Assembly: GCA_964016885.1 (NCBI GenBank)
Contig: OZ024740.1
Span: forward strand, 324,942,001 to 325,006,000
DNA length: 64,000 nucleotides
Source of the DNA: Eledone cirrhosa
Lineage: Eukaryota
Reading direction: 5' to 3'
Shown: positions 58,190-64,000 of the stretch, piece by piece
Position numbering within the stretch: the stretch's first letter is position 1
How the letters are laid out: every line of letters begins with the position of its first letter
Program-made: the position numbers and the translations under genes
Notes under the pieces: generated by a model
Told to the model about the DNA's origin: nothing
Databases searched by the model: none
Seen by the model: the letters and a program-made list of their open reading frames with translations, nothing else

Positions 58190-59115
58190 ATGGTTTCTTA
58201 TGGCACAAGGCCAGCAATTTTTGGGGAGGGAATGTCGATTAAGTCGACCCCGGTGCGTGACTGGTACTTTATTTTATCAACCCCATAAGGATGAAAGGCA
58301 AAGTTAACCTCTGCATGATTTGAACTCAGAATAGCAAGGGCCGTAACTCTATGCTGAAAAACATGGTGTCCGACCCTCTACCGATGCTGCCAATCCAATT
58401 GATAACAAATGTATAGCAATATTTGTTCCGGTGCGTTGGCAGTATCGGTAGAGGGTCGGACGCCATGCTTTGACGCGTAGAGTTACGGACCTTGTTATTC
58501 TGAGTTCAAATTCTGCAGAGGTAAACTTTGCCTTTCATCCTTACGGGGTCGTTAATATAATGTACCAGTAATGCACTGAGTTATTGCTGGCCTTGTGTCC
58601 AAAGTAGAAACATTTATTTGTTCCAGTTATTTACATTCTGTGTTCAAATCCCGTTTAGGTCAACTTTATGGGTCGATAAAATAAAGTACCGCTCAAGTAT
58701 AGGGGCTCGACTTCATTAATTTTTTTAAAATCCTTAAATCATTGATTTATGTCAAAATTAGAAATCCTTACAATGGCAATTGATGACGTATCTGTTGGGG
58801 CAGATGTAACAACATTACATGGAAGCGCGTGGGTTAGTAGTTAGATTATTCGGCTCATAAGGGTTGAGGGTTGAATTACCGGGGGTGCGTTGCGACCTTG
58901 AGAATGACACTTTATTTGACGTTGCTTTTGTTCATTTAATACGAAACAAAATGAGTTATACCTGTAATAGAAATGGCTTGACTTGTGGCACATTGCTTCA
59001 CGTTGAATATTCCTGAGATTTGCGTTAAGAGTACACGTGTCTGTGGAATGATCAGGAACTTGTACGTTAATTTCATGAGCAGGCTATTTCGTTGATCAAA
59101 CAAGAACATTCATCT
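58190..59115. mobile_element. SINE cluster: family A minus (58190-58400), family A plus (58435-58612, 58630-58760), family B plus (58820-59115)
   Basis: Family motifs as above. Confidence 0.8.
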
Positions 59116-59233
59116 CTAGACCTCTAGACCTGACAGAGAAGTCCAACGCATGATTAACATCTCAGAAAGTCATGGTCAGCAGGTATTCGTAATTCTACTA
59201 TTCTATATAAGTCGATGACAATAAGTATATATA

Positions 59234-59840
59234 TGGTGGCTGCCAACTCGTTTTCGAGTACGGCCATTACTTTATATCCATCTAGGAGAACCCCTACCGA
59301 TGCGCTGAAAGAATATGACTTTTTAGTCCAGCCAGCGACTTGAAAACTCTGGTACAAACACTACACTTGTGACAATCATTGACACATAGTGCCGGGCCCA
59401 TGGTACCATGTAACGACAAGTGCAGAAAGATCTCCAGATATAAAGCAATGCCTGTGCCGTGAAGCTTTTATAGTGAGCAAAGGCACTGCACAAAGCCAGT
59501 CCCACTCTCATAACCAAGATGATATATACCAAAAAGAAGAACAAGTCAACATCATTGGTTACCATCAGGGTTGCAGGTGTTATATCAGAGTTTTCCTTCT
59601 CCTAGAATTCTGCCTTGACAATGGCTAAGGGGTCATCTCTCCCGGTGATTTTGGATGGCCATTGACTCTTAAGAGCTCCTTTGCCCTTTGACAGGTTTTG
59701 TTTTTAGTCCTGCAGGATGTCCAAAGTCACCCTCCTCACCAAGAAATAGGTGGGGTTGCCAGTTTAGTCGCCAACGACCCGACCATGAGACAGGTTGTAC
59801 TGGGATACATGTTACCAGTAGCACCAACTGGTGACCTGAC
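59234..59840 (-). mobile_element. ~600-bp RTE-related non-coding element (longest copy)
   Basis: Near-identical to 2422-3000, extends 30 bp further; (TA)n both sides. Confidence 0.8.
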
Positions 59841-60544
59841 ATATATATATATAAACTAGAAATTGATCGACATATATATATCTAAAATAAATATATGAAA
59901 CAATCTCAGGGAATAATTTATAAAGTGTGTAAGCACACACAGCTAGGTAGGTAACTAATTAAATTTAATTAGAACTTCAAATATAGATACCTTTTAAAAT
60001 GATTAATCTTCGTTGTATATATTTCATTAAAGAAATATATTTCACCATCATCAATCGGTAAATCACAGTAGTCAAAACGGATTTTCAACAAGGGAGAAGA
60101 TTTAACTATCTGTGTTTACACACCAAATGCAAATCTGCGAATGACCCGTAGCACGTGTTGCATTTTTTTTAAATACACACATCGTACCAGCGTCATCCCT
60201 TGGCGTGAATAGGATTATCGAGGGCTAGAAATAGCAGCCGAGTCCTTTCAACTGAGTTAGCTCTATAATTAAGGGGCCGTGTATATATATATATATAGTT
60301 ATGTAATAAACAACATAAGGCAATCATTCCATTTACCAGTGGTTTCTTAAAAGCAAAAGATTTTGCTTTTAATCCTCAGAATGAAAAAATCCTGGTCTGT
60401 TTATTGAATTTGGATTTTAAAAACAAAAATGCAATCTATATGAAAGTGAGGCTGGAGAAGGAAGAAGGAAAGGAAAAATAAAATAAAACTACACATGCAA
60501 ATACACACACAAAAACACGCACGCTCACACACAAAAGCATACAT

Positions 60545-60591
<47 letters not shown>

Positions 60592-60828
60592 TATATACAT
60601 ATATATGTACATATACTTACACTCATACATACACGCACACACATATGTACACACATATATATATGTGTATATAAATACACACAAATACATACATATACAC
60701 ATATATACATACGCACATAAATATCAACACATCCATACATACACATACATATATACAACCACACACACATACATACACACATAGATACACATAGAAACAT
60801 AAATATAAATACATATACATACACACAT

Positions 60829-60884
<56 letters not shown>

Positions 60885-60938
60885 ATATATGTTTCTACAC
60901 ATAGAAACATAAATATAAATACATATACATACACACAT

Positions 60939-61014
<76 letters not shown>

Positions 61015-61705
61015 ATATGTGTGTACAAGCATACACATACACAGACATAGCCATACACACATACATATACATACATACATACATGCACATACATATATAC
61101 ACACGTACATACATACATATACATAAATGCACTCCTCTACATATTTACACACGCAAATAAGAAAATATATATATATATATAAAAAAAAAATTTTTGACAG
61201 CGATACATACTGCAGGTAACTGGACAGACACGCGTGGTAAGTAATACACACAAATGCACGTATACATACGTACGAAATAGTAAATACATACACACACTCT
61301 CGCACATAAATATACATATACAAATACATAAACACATACATATACATACACAAATACATGCACAAACACGCACACGCACACGTATACAATTATACACACA
61401 CATATACACACACATATGTATATGTAATTATATACACATACATATATATATATATACATAAATATAAAAATACACACACACACATATATGTATACATACA
61501 CACACACATATACATACATAGCTATACAATTATACACATACAAATACGTACATATCATAAACACGCACAACCAAATACAAACACACACATACACACATAC
61601 ACACGTATATATATATATACGTTATTCCGGGTTGAATCGGAGGTAACCACAGTAAGTAAGGTACTCAATACATAGCAGAGTCCTGTAGAATCTCATCTAT
61701 ATTAA

Positions 61706-61760
<55 letters not shown>

Positions 61761-61974
61761 CACATACATACACATATACATGTGTGTGTGTGTAAAACTC
61801 AGTCTTAGATAATTCATATGAACCTTACATATATATAGTAGTAAGGTAATAAAGTAATAAGCAATATAAAGCAATTATTCCATTCACCAGTGGTTTCTTA
61901 AAAGCAAAAAATTTTTCCTTCAATCTTCAGAATGAAAAAACCTGGTCTATCTACATATACATACATATACACAC

Positions 61975-62061
<87 letters not shown>

Positions 62062-62099
62062 TATATATATACACACACATATACATACACATACACATA

Positions 62100-63295
62100 G
62101 GTATGTGAAGGGCAAGGCAAAAAGAATATATGGGGGGGCGGGGGGCATAGGAAAAGGTGAAATATAAGGGGAGGTAAGGGAGAAAAAAATATATATACAA
62201 GAGTACAGAACGTAGATTCAACAAAATAAAAACCATAGCAGAAGTAAAGAGCAGAGAAGGAGTTCAAGGCGGTTGATTTATCATACGAGTGTCAATCCAG
62301 TTACAGATCAGATGTGATTTCAGATGTGGACAGCATCTGAAGATCTCAGTCTTTGAGTTAAGGCAAGCGGAAGTGGCTCTCAAGCTTAGCAAAATCCTAT
62401 ACTTTTCTGTGGTACACAAAGAACAATTCTTTGTGCCCCTTTGGTACTCCCTCGAATGGTCTAATATAGACTAATCAATAGAGTACGGGATGTTACTATC
62501 CTTGAGTTCCCATACCTTACTTGCGAGGGCCGTTGATGTTAGTTTATCGGAGTGCTTAAAAGAAGCGACATGTGAGTAAAATCTGGTTTTAAACCTGCCC
62601 TGGGTCATACCGACATATCGCTCACTCCTGGCTGGCTGGTTGTTGATTACCGGTGTTATCTTAGCCTCATAAACAACAGATTTGGTGTTACATTTACCCT
62701 GCAATGGGCTTTCATCCGGCTTCCTGCAACTGCATCCTGGATTTATTCTCGTATGGTTTGAACTGGTGATTTTGGACTTCATAGATGGGCAACAAGAGTA
62801 GCTGATCTTAACTACGTTCCTATTAAATATCTTATAATATCTATGATTAGGAGGTAATGTTTGTCTAAGAGTTCAAGGAATTTCCTTCCTACATTAGTTT
62901 TGACAGTTAGAGAGAAGGGGGTTGTGAACCAAATAATCTTCCTTTTCCTGTTATTGTGGTTAGTTTTAGGACGGGAAGTAGGTAAATAAGAATTTTTTTC
63001 TGTAAAACCGCTGTTCTTAAGGGCTTTATTATAATAAGGGGCGGCTTTATTAAAAATGTCTATAGACGAAGATAAGGTAAAAATCCTACGGCTAATGTTA
63101 GGAATAAGATTATTAAAAACTATAGGGGTATGGCAAGACTCTTTGTGTATATACCTAATATTTTCATTAGGTTTATGATAGGGTTTAAAAGAGGCGGTAA
63201 GTAGATCAAGATGCTCGGATCTATTCATTAGAATCTTTGAGCATACTCTACAGTGGATACGGCGCATGTCTCTCGGACATGACACCTTAATTTAA
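62100..63295 (-). mobile_element. 5'-truncated PLE, Nematis-like (RT C-terminus, thumb, GIY-YIG)
   Basis: KPYHKPNENIRYIHKES, RKRKIIWFTTPFS..KTNVGRKFL, CSCR..PLQGKC..VVYEA..YVGMT..FKTRFYSH, CSLCTTEK..LNSKTE; frameshifted. Confidence 0.85.
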
Positions 63296-63298
63296 TTT

Positions 63299-63347
<49 letters not shown>

Positions 63348-63460
63348 TTATATATATATTTTATAGTTGAGACAGTAAACAAAAAAAAACAAAAAAAAAC
63401 GTGGAAGCGAAGAGGCAGTACAAATGTTAATAATATTAGTTTCACGCTTGAGAGAGAGAG

Positions 63461-63545
<85 letters not shown>

Positions 63546-63698
63546 AGATAGGTAGAGGTAAAGGCCGAAAGAAAGAGGCAGACAAACAGACAAACAGAGA
63601 GACAGAAAGGAATAGTGTATATATATACACACAGTTCAAGAGGAACCAATCTTAAAGAGAGAGATGGAGATAGGAGAGGAGAGATTGGTGATATATAT

Positions 63699-63770
<72 letters not shown>

Positions 63771-63871
63771 GTTTATCCCAAGTTTAATCGGGGGTAACCA
63801 CAGTAAGTAAGGTACTCACCGAATGAAACAGTTCTAGTCCTGTAGAAGCCATTTCTATTTTATATGTGTGT

Positions 63872-63938
<67 letters not shown>

Positions 63939-64000
63939 TATGTGTGTGTGTGTGTGTGTGTGTCTGTCTGTGAAGTGGGTCTCCGTCGGTTTCGATCACG

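Noticed and set aside
59750-59840. HDV-like ribozyme at the 5' end of the RTE-related element
   Set aside because: CCAGT/CTAA-ACTGG resembles P2 and J4/2, but I could not place P1 in the required order

Overview
AT-rich, microsatellite-saturated eukaryotic DNA. The repeat families (tRNA-derived SINEs, Penelope-like elements, (TA)n/(CA)n arrays) point to a coleoid cephalopod, most likely Octopus; this is an inference from repeat content. I found no confident host protein-coding gene, so the window reads as intergenic or a giant intron, and most ORF-track entries are microsatellite translations. Recognisable coding remnants are all transposon-derived: a near full-length Neptune-type Penelope-like element (PLE, 15.1-20.5 kb), several other PLE fragments, R4/Dong, CRE, RTE and L1/Tx1 LINE ends, a hATm remnant, a DD37D (maT) Tc1/mariner and a non-autonomous Helitron. 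Two signals stand out. First, the big PLE has a two-ORF layout joined by an in-phase U_UUU_UUA -1 frameshift heptamer. Second, about 19 type-I hammerhead-ribozyme (HHR) motifs from many unrelated pLTR families occur here, many in fold-back palindromes inserted in (TA)n tracts, some with U3-A8 cores or long structured stem-II insertions. Coordinates were read by eye and element boundaries are approximate.
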